A program made the translations under genes and the position numbers. A stretch of DNA of 64,000 nt from Amoebidium appalachense. Its lineage: Eukaryota; Protista; Ichthyosporea. Each line of letters starts with the position of its first letter. The stretch's first letter is position 1. Below are positions 33,680-45,566 of the stretch, piece by piece. The notes under the pieces were generated by a model, which made no database searches, was not told where the DNA came from, and saw only the letters and a list, made by a program, of their open reading frames with translations. Location of the stretch: assembly GCA_963693365.1 (NCBI GenBank), contig CAVNZM010000013.1, forward strand, positions 2,381,817 through 2,445,816. Reading direction: 5' to 3'.

Positions 33680-34055
33680 CACACACACACAGTGTCACAC
33701 ACACACGTGCACACACACACACACAGTGTCACACACACACACACACAGTGTCACACACACACACACAGTGTCACACACACACGTGCACACACACACACAC
33801 AGTGTCACACACACACACACACAGTGTCACACACACACACACACAGTGTCACACACACACGTGCACACACACACACACACAGTGTCACACACATACACAC
33901 ACAGTGTCACACACACACACACACAGTGTCACACACACACACACACACTGTCACACACACACGTGCACACACACACACACAGTGTCACACACACACGTGC
34001 ACACACACACACGCAGTGTCACACACACGTCCACACACACACACACACAGTCACA
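33680..34055 (+). repeat. Compound satellite (CA)n-GTGT/GTGC
   Basis: Repeated CACAGTGTCACACACAC and CACGTGCACAC units. Confidence 0.9.
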
Positions 34056-34578
34056 GTTACATGTACACACAGACGCCACCGGCACACGTGCACACATATC
34101 AAGCCGTGGCGCGCGAACACACACTTCACAAAAAAGCACAGCGATCGATCAAGGTTTAGATTGGTGACAAATTAATTTATAACAATTAGCATTCCTTACA
34201 ACACGTTTCCAACTGCCACGTGCACGCTGTGACATAATTATCGTAAACAGATGACTTTGAACTTCAAGGGTAATGTGGCGGTTATTTTAAAACTTTCAAT
34301 TAACATGATAGGTGTACCATCTACATGTCGGATGTCGATACTCAAAATGGCAAAGGCCGAGCGTACCATGTTTAGGCAAAAGCAGTTTCACTTTAAAGTC
34401 AGGCACCAGATTCTCACACATACTGTACAGGCAACCAAAGTGCAACAAGTCTAACAATGTAAGCAACACCTGAGGATATTGACATATTCTCAGATATCAT
34501 TGTAACTTCGGTATATTTTTACTGAACAAATTTGAAGCGTGCACAGCTATTCTCAGAATGATTGGCAATGGACGATTA

Positions 34579-34801
34579 CAGTGCGGACTGGATATCGGCA
34601 CCGGGTCGGACGGGCACTTTTCGGGGTGAACATATCCATATGTGCCAATATCCAGACCTCTAGGGGGGCCAATTTAATTATAGAGCTAGGGGGATTACTT
34701 AGTCTCAACCCGGCCCGAATAGATCGGGCCGGGTCGGCTGCCAACGGTGCCCATATCCAGATGTGCCCTTTTCCAGTGGTGCCCATATCCAGTCCACACT
34801 G
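34579..34801. mobile_element. Tc1/mariner (pogo/Tigger-like) MITE, 223 bp
   Basis: TIRs CAGTGCGGACTGGATATCGGCACC / GGTGCCCATATCCAGTCCACACTG (22/24), with TA on both sides (34577-78, 34802-03). Confidence 0.85.
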
Positions 34802-35358
34802 TAAATGCAGGGGGGCGATTTTTGTTCTGCCTCGACGGTCCACCGCCCCCTAGAAGCCATCACCCCAGAGCACGTCAAGCTGCACCACCAACTTGTTATC
34901 ATCCGGCCGCAAGACATGACGTCATGAACAGCACCGGCCCTCTGACGTCGACGGCGTGCCGCTTGGGCATGCCGGTCCAACGTTCAAGTGGGAGACCAAT
35001 CCGAGTCACCGACCACGGTTCGGGTCAGCGTCCTGGGCATGGGGTTTTTCCTTTCAAGTCTTTATGTTTGTGTATGTGTCCCGGGTCGCTCCCGGCTGGT
35101 GTTGTTAAAGTGAGCTGTGCCCACTTCCCCACCAGCGTTGCTGCGGCTAGAACCGTGGGATACTGTAAGGCGTAACTAAAAATCTATAACTTATACTTGC
35201 TTTCATTGCTTTATTGGCTCGACTCACACTACACAATACCGGATCGAATCGTCCCAAAATACACAAACCCGACTCGGCCCACTGGACCGAATCCACTAGA
35301 AGCTACTGCTACCGAGGGAGCACACACCCCCAGACACACACCGTAGCACACATAACCG

Positions 35359-35395
<37 letters not shown>

Positions 35396-35461
35396 CCCTC
35401 CCCCGATGCCCGTGTGCAGATATCTTGCGCGCGCAGGCGTGTGTGTGGTGTGCGCGTGCGC

Positions 35462-35602
<141 letters not shown>

Positions 35603-35982
35603 TGTGTGTGTGTGTGTCGAAATAAGCTTGAAAGCTGCGACGGGGAAAGAAAATATGTGCGGGCGGGAGGGTGGGCGATGAGAGAGGAGGAGACGGGGAA
35701 TATGCTAATAGACGACCAATCTAAGGTGGCTTATACCCATAAGCCTCCTCTACCAGGCCGCTGATTGGCCACATAACCATTGTTGCCCAATCAGACGGCC
35801 GAAGAATAAGTTAATAAATGGAATTATCCAATCAATTCAGACATTTATAACTTATACTTGCTACCTACGTAGTCCACTATATACGAATTTTTGCTCTCCA
35901 ACGACAACTAAAACCCACTAGATTAGTGTCGATCAAAATTCACCAGACTTTACATAATATACAGTACATTTTCGAGCACAGT

Positions 35983-36345
35983 TTACGACAGTCGCACAGG
36001 GTCCAACTCGCGCAGGTCGCTGAAGTACTCGTGGTCATCGGGGGTAGGGCAGTGGCCCAACCCGTAATTGTCCTCAGGGGTTTGGCCGGTGAGGTCCCAC
36101 ACCCCCCGGTGCTTGATGACTGCAAGGGGGATGCCGATTGCACGAGCAGCGCCGACCATGCCGTGACGGAGGCAGTGCCAGGTGATGCCGGTAGCCAGGG
36201 CGGGGAGCATGCCGAGGGCCTGCACCGCGCTGCGCAGCCAGCTGACGGCCTTGGTAGCGTTGGGGCACGGCAGGAGGGGGCTGGTGGGCTGCCGGACGTG
36301 CGCGCAGGCGCGCAGTAACAGCTGTGCGCACATGGGGGGAACCAT
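35983..36345 (-). pseudogene. Tyrosine recombinase C-terminal fragment
   Basis: ITWHCLRHGMV...GIPLAVIKHRGVW...PEDNY supplies the HxLR box, the G-x-W motif and a candidate catalytic Tyr. The N-terminal Arg box is not recognisable. Confidence 0.7.
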
Positions 36346-36811
36346 GCGGCGTTTGCACTGAGGAGCTGCTCCACCAGCTGCTGGCCAGTGGGGCGCAGGT
36401 TGACAGGCAGTGACTTGAAATTACCGCCGCACGCCACTCGCTAAACACCCCCACGGCGGCAGGGGGGTCTGGTGGCCGGGAAGCTTGCTGGGGCGGCTGC
36501 ACGGGGGGCGGGGGGCCTTGGAGGCTCAGGCTGGGGTCCCAAGGGGAGGGGGGCTGGGCCCCTTTCCCAGGGAGGGTCGCCGATGGGAACGCCCGTGGGA
36601 GCTGGTGGTGGTTGAGGCGCGGGGGGAAGCACGCCGCCACCACTTGCATGGGGAGCCGGCTCGGCGGGAGCTGGCACCGGGGCGGGGCCGGTAGACGCCG
36701 GCCCCGGGTACAAGTTGAATACCCAACTAGCACACATTGGGGTGGACACCCACCCTTGACGCCCCCTTGTAAGGCCCACTGCCTACGCAACAGGGGCCGG
36801 AAACCGCAAAC

Positions 36812-37249
36812 TTAGGTGCGGCCGGTGCCAGACCCACTGCTGGCGCCTGTGTTGGACTTCACCACGGTCTTGTTGTCATTTTGGTTGCCTGCACGGGCGG
36901 TGCGCGTAGCGAGGTTGACCTCTGCCCCTTTCTTCCTTGCGTCGCCCATTGCGCGGCCCCAGCGTTCAGAAAGAACAGGGTAATACTCGCGCTCCATGTG
37001 GGCGCGGGCCAGCTCGGCAAAGGCAGCACCCTCTGTGGCGCGGATATACTGGTAGTGCACATGATCGGAGAGGAACACAGCGACATTGGCCATTGCACCC
37101 CTAAGCTCTGCAATGCCTCGTTGGTAGAACTGCTCCGCGGGTTCAGGCACTGGGGCGCCGTTTTCGCCGGGGAACTGGCAGTCGTTGTGCATTGCATCGA
37201 TGAGGCTGCAGAGTGTCCCGATGATGGTAACCCCGTTCTCCTCGAGCAC
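36812..37249 (-). CDS. Gag-like ORF of the YR element (fragment; 37942-38322 may be its N-terminus)
   Basis: Helical, charged ORF located between repeat A1 and the YR fragment, followed by a degenerate Cys-knuckle-like and Pro-rich stretch. Called from position only. Confidence 0.45.
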   Translation of the reverse strand: MLEENGVTIIGTLCSLIDAMHNDCQFPGENGAPVPEPAEQFYQRGIAELRGAMANVAVFLSDHVHYQYIRATEGAAFAELARAHMEREYYPVLSERWGRAMGDARKKGAEVNLATRTARAGNQNDNKTVVKSNTGASSGSGTGRT

Positions 37250-38447
37250 GTGCTTGTGGCCTCGGAAGGGATCCAGGGCAGTAGTGCAAGAAAAGTGCTG
37301 ACTTACGGCGAAAGTCCCTACTATTCTCGCCTGACTAGCAGAGTGTACACACTACAACTAACACGTACCTGGGCACACATGCATATGAATGAGAGTATAC
37401 GTGCCGTGATCAGGCCACTAAACTAACAGACATAAACATGTGCAGAGTGGTGCTGGGCAATGCACGATGCTACAGCACTAACAGAGAGGGTAGTGTGGAG
37501 AGGTACTAGTAGAAACACAGTTGCATGTTTTGTCAATCTACGTCTAATTTATTATGCTTGATTCTCATCTATTTATCTGCCGCAGGCAGATTCCATGAAT
37601 ACAGATCTATCCAAAGGTATTTGCGCATCTGATGGGCAAATCCTATGAATACTATAAATCTGACCAATCATTTAACGACACGTACATGAACGGAAATCAA
37701 ACTGCATTCCCCTCATACGGTCCAACCGCAGACAAAACACCCGACTACACAGAAAACATGAAAAGCATGCACAATAATCGTCGGATGCGTGCTTTCCTCT
37801 CGATATCGCCAATAGCTAAACAGACTATGAATACCAGTCACGTGCATAATGAATAACAGAGGGCAAACAAGAGCATGCCGGACTGCGGGTCGGACATGCT
37901 TATGAAATAAAGGGAGATAAAGCACAAATAAACGATCGTACCTAACTATGTATGCTATGTGCTCGTGCAACCTGTGTAAACCAAAGATGCCATTGTGCAA
38001 CTAATGAAGAATCATGCTGTGCACGTGCGTGCGAAATGCATATGCCAACTCGTGCACTATTGTTGTATATTCTGGCAAGTAGGTCGGCTGGGATGCGTCG
38101 GGGACCGTTGGGCATAGGGTACTCCGTCACCCATGGTAAGGTGGGTGCCAGAGTTGGGAGCCGCTCGGCAAAGGCATGTCTAGGGACCTTGAGCAACGGG
38201 CAGTCCGGCATCCCCCAGGTCTGTTGAAGGCGCTCCGGGCGTGACTCGTGGGTGTCCGAATCCCCAGTGGTGACGGGGGTGCGCGCTTCGGCGGAATATT
38301 GCTCGAAAATAACGTTCAACATGGTGAAGTTCTAAAAGGGTGTCCTACCCTAAACAAAGCGTGAACGAGCCTCACCAACGTTGCCACCGATGAGAGAGGA
38401 GGCGACGGGGAATATGCTAATAGACGACCGATCTAAGGTCGGCTTAT

Positions 38448-39063
38448 TTTTTATTTTTTTTATTTAAAATTTTTATTTTTTATTTTATTTTTTATTTTTT
38501 ATTTTATCCCGTTTCACTCCCGGCGAGGCACTGCCTCAGGGGAGCTTACCGTCTTCCGCCTAGACACAGATCGTACTGTATAGCACACTCATAAGTCAGG
38601 ATTGTAATTGACCCCAACTGGCACTATTTTTAGTTACGCCTTATCCCACGGTTCTAGCCGCAGCAACGCTAGTGGGGAAGTGAGCACAGCTCACTTTAAC
38701 AACACCAGCCGGGACACATACACAAACATAAAGACTTGAAAGGGGAAGACCCCATGCCCAGGACGCTGACCCGAACCGTGGCCGGTGACTCGGATTGGTC
38801 TCCCACTTGAACGTTGGGCCGGGATGCCCAAGCGGCGCGCCGTCGACGTCAGAGGGCAGGTGCTGTTCATGATGTCATGTCTTGCGGCCGGATGATAACA
38901 AATTGGTGGTGCTGCTTGACGTGGTCTGGGGTGATGGCTTCTAGGGGGCGGCCAGACCGGTGGACCGTCGAGGTAGAATAAAAATCGGAAGTAACCAGGA
39001 TCGATCCTGCGACTTTGAGCTTGACACGCAGAGATCTTACCATTGCACCAACCCGCCCCCCTA
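38448..39063 (-). mobile_element. tRNA-derived SINE copy 2, full length (~615 bp)
   Basis: Head 39061-38986 with A-box TGGTGCAATGG, B-box GGATCGATCC and a tRNA-Asp-like arm ATCTCTGCGTGTCAAGC; ~360-bp body; 3' stem-loop module; (TAAAAA)n tail. A 3-bp duplication (TAT 38445-47 / 39064-66) lies inside the TATA box of the YR element's A1 repeat. Confidence 0.8.
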
Positions 39064-39328
39064 TATACCCATAAGCCTCCTCTACCAGGCCGCTGATTGG
39101 CCACATAACCATTGTGGCCCAATCAGACGGCCGAAGAATAAGTTAATAAATTGAAATGTCCAATCAATTCAGACATACTAGTAGTGCCAGTTGGGGTCTT
39201 GAATTAGAATCCTGACTTCCTTACGACTCGGATGAGTGTGCTATGCAGTACGATCTGTGTCTAGGCGGAAGACGGTAAGCTCCCCTGAGGCAGTGCCTCG
39301 CCGGGAGTGAAACGGAATAAATAATAAC

Positions 39329-39367
<39 letters not shown>

Positions 39368-39529
39368 TATAAAAAAAAAGACGATTAAATGCAGCCACTA
39401 TCCATGCACTGTATTTAAAGAAATCTTTAAGGCTTTTAGATGAGCTCTAACTAGATGCACAAATATCAATGCATTTTTGTGAAACCCTAAAACTAATGTT
39501 CGTTAACGATATTTCTGATCTCCATGCTA

Positions 39530-39845
39530 AAAGCAGAATCACTCCACTTTTAGCAGAATTATTCTGCTTTTAGCAGCTACTATTCTGCAAAGATCAGAAT
39601 TATGCTGCTCCCGGAAGCAGAATAAACTCGTTACTTGCAGAATAATCCTGCCTTCAGCAGGACAATTTTTCTTTATTTATTCTGCTGTTTGCGGAATAAA
39701 TCTGCTAAAAGAACAATAATATTGTGCTAAAAGCAGAATAATTCTGCCTTTGCAATGATTCTGCTATTGTTGAATAATTCTGCAGTTAGCAGAACAATTC
39801 TGCTCTTTGCAGAATAAAAAGCAGGATTATTCTGCTCAAAGCAAG
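39530..39845. repeat. Cluster of GCAGAAT(AA) / (TT)ATTCTGC motifs in both orientations
   Basis: More than a dozen exact or near-exact motif copies in 315 bp, several forming palindromes such as GCAGAATAATTCTGC. Confidence 0.75.
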
Positions 39846-39879
39846 TTCAAACTCTGCCGATGTGGTTGGCCCCTCACGT

Positions 39880-40250
39880 ACTCACACACCCTGAATGGTA
39901 TTATGTGTGTTTTCACACACCCCTGAATGATATTATGTATGTATTCACACACCCCTGAATGGTATTATGTATGTATTCACACACCCCTGAATGGTATTAT
40001 GTATGTATTCACACACCCCTGAATGGTATTATGTATGTATTCACACACCCCTGAATGGTATTATGTATGTAATTGGCACCCCTGAATGGTATTAGTATAT
40101 ATGTATTCACACCCTGAATGGTATTATGTATGTATTCACACACCCCTGAATGGTATTCAATAAGTTATGTATGTATTCACACACCCCTGAATGGTCGGTA
40201 TGTATTATTCACACACCCCTGTATGGTATTATGTATGTATTCACACACCG
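39880..40250 (+). repeat. ~32-bp minisatellite (TTCACACACCCCTGAATGGTATTATGTATGTA)n
   Basis: About 10 tandem units with minor variants. Confidence 0.95.
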
Positions 40251-40522
40251 ACACATTCACGGTGCACGGTAGATAGGGCAGATGCACTGAAAGCACAGGT
40301 GCGTGCAGCCGCAGTTTCACACATGTTTACAGGAATGAACACAAATATTCGCAAATAGTAAACTTGTCCCAACCTATCAATCCCAATAAAGATGTTTTAA
40401 ACTACTCAAAGAAGTTGGCGCGTGTGACTGGCAGGGAGGTGAAGGGAGAGAGGGGTGTAGGGGAATTGGAGGGGGGAAGCGGGTGGGGGGAGGGGGGGGG
40501 GGGGATGAGGAGAACAAAAACC

Positions 40523-40554
<32 letters not shown>

Positions 40555-40652
40555 GGGGGGAGAGGGCGGGAAGGGGGGAGGGGGGGGGGGTTGGAGGAGA
40601 GGATCTATTAGGGACTCCCGGGCTGTGTGTGTGTGTGTGGGGGGGGGGGGGG

Positions 40653-40687
<35 letters not shown>

Positions 40688-40767
40688 GGGGGGAGAGGGG
40701 GGGGGGGGGAAGGGGGGGGAAGGGGGGGGGGGAGGGGAGGAGAGGATCTATTAGGGACTCCCGGGCT

Positions 40768-40819
<52 letters not shown>

Positions 40820-42526
40820 TGACTCCTACGGTTGGCCGGCAGAAAGGGATACGTACATGTGTTAACCTGGCCAGCAACGGATTTTCTTGGGATTTTTCTC
40901 TGCCCTCATCCCCCCTTTTCATATTCTGAAAACGAAAATTGCCAATCATTCACAAGGTTTTTGAACTTCTGCTGAGTTCGCGTCTCTTATTGCTCCCAAA
41001 CCCACCATCCGTACGCGTAATCACAATAACGAATAGCCGGGGCCCCCACACGTACTTGCTATTCAGACCAGACAATATTCAATTTGTCTCTGTTCTGGGC
41101 AGTGACAATGGCTTCTGCGCTTCTGCAGCCCGAGAGGTCGTCTTTTAAAATCATTTACTAGAATTTTAATCTAACCAATCATTGAGTGCGCCACTCAGCG
41201 CCACTGGGCACTCCTATTCGCTGTTAGTCGTGCATTATTAATCCTATTAGTGGACGCAGTCACAGGACCAGGTGATTGGACTATGAGATTACTTTAAATT
41301 TTAAACAAACCAATCTCTGAGTGTGACCATCGGGGTACTCCTATCATTCGATTTTAACGCTTGATCCCAATTGGCGTACAGAGTAACGGGACAAGGTGAT
41401 TGGGCGGATATATGTGCTGCATACGTAAGTCATCCCACCATAATCACAGACTGGCGGTGAACAGTGTGGGCCCCGTCGTCTCTTTTTATTATAGTTTAGC
41501 AACTTTCTAGTTGATTTTTAATTAAAAAAACGTCTTTTTATTCAATGGTCATTACTGGTTTGCGACCATCCTATCCGACTCTATTGGAGTCTTCAGCATC
41601 GCCCTGATTGCTTCCCTTTGTTTTTTTTTGTTTTTTTTTTTTGTTTTTTTTTTCCACATCGGGGAAGTGTGCACACCCAAGACTCTTGAAGGCAGCAGGG
41701 GTCAGGTGTACAAAAAACAATATAGAATCCCCCCCCCCCCCCCCCCCCAAACACACACACACACACACTCCCTCCTCCTCGACACATAGAGGGGATGCAT
41801 CCAAATATTCATTTGTACAACCGGATTTCGGAGTAGTATCTTGGGTTTATTCGACGTTTTCAGGTCGATTTACAACCCCGGGTGATCATGATGTTGTGAT
41901 AATGGGGTGCGCGGCAAAATGGTTTGTGATGCTCATAAGTAACTAGGTCAATATGTGCATATGTACATGATTCTCCATTTTCGCACTAATATACGCCATA
42001 TACATGTTTTCTCAGAGAAATCACGTCACAATGCGGATACATTTTCTATAGGATCATAAATTCACACTAATATCAAAGCACTAGCAATATACCATTGGTT
42101 TAAACACCCAATAACTATTGGTAACTTCAGTCGGCTATATTTAGTAACAATAACTTTCATGCATTGACTTATTACAATAAACCCACCCAGGGGAACTCTG
42201 CAAATCAGGAGATCACCGGGTACACAATCACTCAAATAGGCAAATAGACAACCTACATTCTGGTTCAGCAAATCTTACATTCCGTTTCCCGGTAAGGCAC
42301 TCTCCACATACACACATCTTCGAATATAACGATTTCTTTCATTTCATAAATATCAGTAGCACCGAACGGTTTTAAGCGGCCAACCACCTCCCCCCCCCCC
42401 CCCCCCCCCCCCTCCCCCCTCCCTCCCCTTCAAAAATCCTGCCGCAGGATTAACCCCCCCCCCCCCCCCCCCGGACCCCCTCCCCTCCCTCCCAGCACAC
42501 TGAATCACAAGTGGCATTCCTACGCA

Positions 42527-43852
42527 TCATGATCCTCCCACAGTGTCTCCCCCCTCGGGGACTCCGGGTGACGGCCCGCCCTGTTGCTTTATCATCACGG
42601 ATGATGTTACGCACGCTGGTCCCGTCTTCACGACATGTGTGCTTCTGACCACCGAAAACGTTTGGAGATGAATGTTTTCTTCATCTTCATAGGCACGGTC
42701 GCCCGTCGTAGACACTGCGTGCACCTGACCAGTCGTAGAAGCCGCAGAATGTGGTCTCGGCGACTTGATCATTCCACGCATCTGCTTGTAGATGAACACA
42801 AAAAAGACAACCGCTTGAACTAGTTGGAGCATGAACAACATGGTGTTTGGCCAAAGAGCCCGCGATCTGTTCCATCGGGTAACGTATCTTGCATAGTGAA
42901 GAGCGAAAATGACGACCCACATGAAGGAGAGAACGATGAGGTATCGCGTCTGGTCTAGGTCGTATTTCGCTAATGATTTTCGCAGGAGGAAGAGGCAAGT
43001 GCACACCCACATGTCAAAGTAACTGTAAAGTAGATGCGTCGAAACATGCAGTAGCGGTTCAACCGGATCTTTGAAATACTTCTGCCTGTCAACAAGGTAC
43101 AACACGGTCGTGTAAACATATCCGAAAATGCACGGCGCGGACATGACAATCGTGAATTTCGCAACAGAAAGCGGTCTGTGCGCGAGACATCGCAGCCGCG
43201 GCGCGTATGGTGGTATCCAAGCCGGAGGGCAGAGCTGTGGCCACCCGTAATAGATGAAAACCAAACGCAACATGAGTCCCGTGACGGGTAGAACTGCTAA
43301 TGCGCGGCCGAACCAGTAGTACAACTGAACCCATGTGAGAAAGACGGCAGGGTTGTTCCACGTGCTTTTCGGTATTCTGTCCGTCCACAACAACCACAAC
43401 GAGAAACCAGAGAGCCGAGCAATGGCGAATGCGTACGCCAAGCCCACAACGACGATTAGCGAAAGGGGCAGCCTGCCTTGTTTCGTACGCATGAGCGGTT
43501 GGTATCGTTTGTAAGCAACCACCACCACCAGTAGAAAGATGATGATGATCCCGCTTGCAACATAGGCGAGTACGCCCAGAATGAACACCGCCTGCTGGTC
43601 GACTTCAAGGGTCTCCTCCTGTGTGGGGGTTATCGATTTCAACATGTAATCTGCCTGCAAAAAGTAGGCACATGCGCCGATGGATGCCGTGCAGAACATG
43701 AGCAAAACGAGCCCCCATATTATGGCGCGGTAGTAGGGTGGTCGCGCCTCCATTTCGAGCACTGCCCGTGCTTCGCGGTAGTCCCGGCTATCCTGCGAGC
43801 CATGTGTTCCATTTTGCGTGCTGTACGCAGAATTTTGTGTTGTGGACGGCAT
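42527..43852 (-). CDS. Intronless multi-pass membrane protein, 441 aa; 7TM class-C-GPCR-like core plus one extra N-terminal TM
   Basis: Uninterrupted ORF with eight hydrophobic segments. The loop KRYQPLMRTK after core TM1 and W...LMLRLVFIY in core TM3 resemble 7tm_3 / GABA-B-like patterns. The family assignment is inference. Confidence 0.75.
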   Translation of the reverse strand: MPSTTQNSAYSTQNGTHGSQDSRDYREARAVLEMEARPPYYRAIIWGLVLLMFCTASIGACAYFLQADYMLKSITPTQEETLEVDQQAVFILGVLAYVASGIIIIFLLVVVVAYKRYQPLMRTKQGRLPLSLIVVVGLAYAFAIARLSGFSLWLLWTDRIPKSTWNNPAVFLTWVQLYYWFGRALAVLPVTGLMLRLVFIYYGWPQLCPPAWIPPYAPRLRCLAHRPLSVAKFTIVMSAPCIFGYVYTTVLYLVDRQKYFKDPVEPLLHVSTHLLYSYFDMWVCTCLFLLRKSLAKYDLDQTRYLIVLSFMWVVIFALHYARYVTRWNRSRALWPNTMLFMLQLVQAVVFFVFIYKQMRGMIKSPRPHSAASTTGQVHAVSTTGDRAYEDEENIHLQTFSVVRSTHVVKTGPACVTSSVMIKQQGGPSPGVPEGGDTVGGS

Positions 43853-44016
43853 TTTATCGCTGCGGCCCTCCGGCTGGGGTACTACATGTGTATGCGTCGT
43901 TGCCTGCTTTCACAGACATAGCGTAAAAAACGAAAGCCTTGGAGAGAAGGAAGGAAGAAAGGAAAGAAAGAAACAAACAAAGAAAGAAAGAAAGAAAGAA
44001 AGAAAGCAAGAAAAAG

Positions 44017-44097
<81 letters not shown>

Positions 44098-45566
44098 CGT
44101 GTGTGTGAGTGCCGCGGGCGGGGAGAGCCTCTGAGGGGGGAGGGGGGGGGGGGGGGGGGGGAGAGAGAGCGAAAAAAGCTCGATGTGAAAAAGAAAAAAG
44201 AACTGCTTGCAAATTAATCGAATCGGTTCAACCCCTTGGTAGTCTGGTTGTCCATCCTGCACAACACGCGTATGCTAAACTACATATCCGTAAGCCACGT
44301 TCACTTGCCATAAGCTACACTTCGTGAATTTCCTCGGAGTTCATGTAGATAAGTTTTCGCCACTGTGTAACTGGTTTAGGGTATGCAGGTGTGCATAAAA
44401 ACTCGTTATGTGTGAACTTGTGAGTGCCTGTTGCATTTAAATAGAGCCAATGCGGTATCCACTTCTAAGCACTTGGACTAACATTCTAAAAACATCTGCA
44501 GAGGAAAGGAAGGAGCGAAAGGGAAAAAATATGGGCTCGACTGAAGGTGCGTGTGCTGGCCGGCTTGCGCAGCTCTCCTTACGTTTCTATAAGTCTACAA
44601 ATGTAGACGCGGGAGATTACACCGATATAAGTGATCGATTTCTTTGGGAAAGACACTATCAAGGAAATATGAGAATAGAAACTAAGAAAACGAAGCAAGT
44701 TTCTGAAATTAGCGCGTCCTGACCTGCATTAATTCTCCTAACCACGGTATAAACAAACAAGCCGACTGTGCTTGAGCCTTTAATTATTCCTATTTTATTT
44801 GCATACATATTACTGTTGTTATTATGTATTAGCCTAAGTCTTCGGGAATGTAATACTCAGTGTATCGGAGGGCTGCAGATTTGATCGAGGAAAGACATCC
44901 GTGACATGCGTGACACCAGCGAAGTGAATGACGTAATTTTGAAAGTATGCCTGCGAACAGACTCAGGAATTTGATTTGGATTTGTGGTATTTGCTCTCGC
45001 ATCAGATGTGACGTTGGCTAACTGATGGGGTGGACACGCTTCACAGGAATACATACTCTCTCCAAATAAAAATTTCTCATGTTTCATTCTTTCTCCCTCC
45101 CTTTCGTGTTGTATATAAGCTGGTCTTGTGTCGGCCTAAACTGAAGCATCGGCCGCTCGTGCGAAACACCGCATTCCACAGTGTGAATCCACACGCAGCT
45201 CTGACCGATACTGAGAGGCGATATCTCTGACTCTGATTCTTGGCGGCTGTCCGCCGCCGGCCAGCCCAGCAAAAAAGTTTGTGCAGGTAACATGATCCGG
45301 ATCAGATTTGAAGAAACTCCTGGGCCCCCATTTCCCCACTCCCCCCCTTGCCTTCATGATCAGTTACTATCCATATCATATTCTCCCCTCCAACACCCTG
45401 CCACAATCCTCCCCCTCTTCCCCCCCCCCCCCCCCCCCCCCCCCCGGCCTTTCTCGGAATATGTGTGGCAGAGCCTCAATGGCTTGACTGGACTTATGAA
45501 TATGTTTGTTTGCTGAATTTGATGACTTGACTTGACTTACAAGTCGCGTCTTAGAAGAGTACTATA

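Noticed and set aside
38986-39061. Functional tRNA-Asp gene
   Set aside because: The acceptor and anticodon stems do not pair properly. It is the head of a SINE.
39205-39316. Hammerhead ribozyme (CTGA...GAAAC)
   Set aside because: The required CUGANGA core is absent (CTGAGGC, CTGACTT) and the stems do not fit.
38505-39320. Apparent TIR element with ~130-bp inverted repeats and outward A-rich tails
   Set aside because: Fully explained by two oppositely oriented SINE 3' ends produced by nesting.
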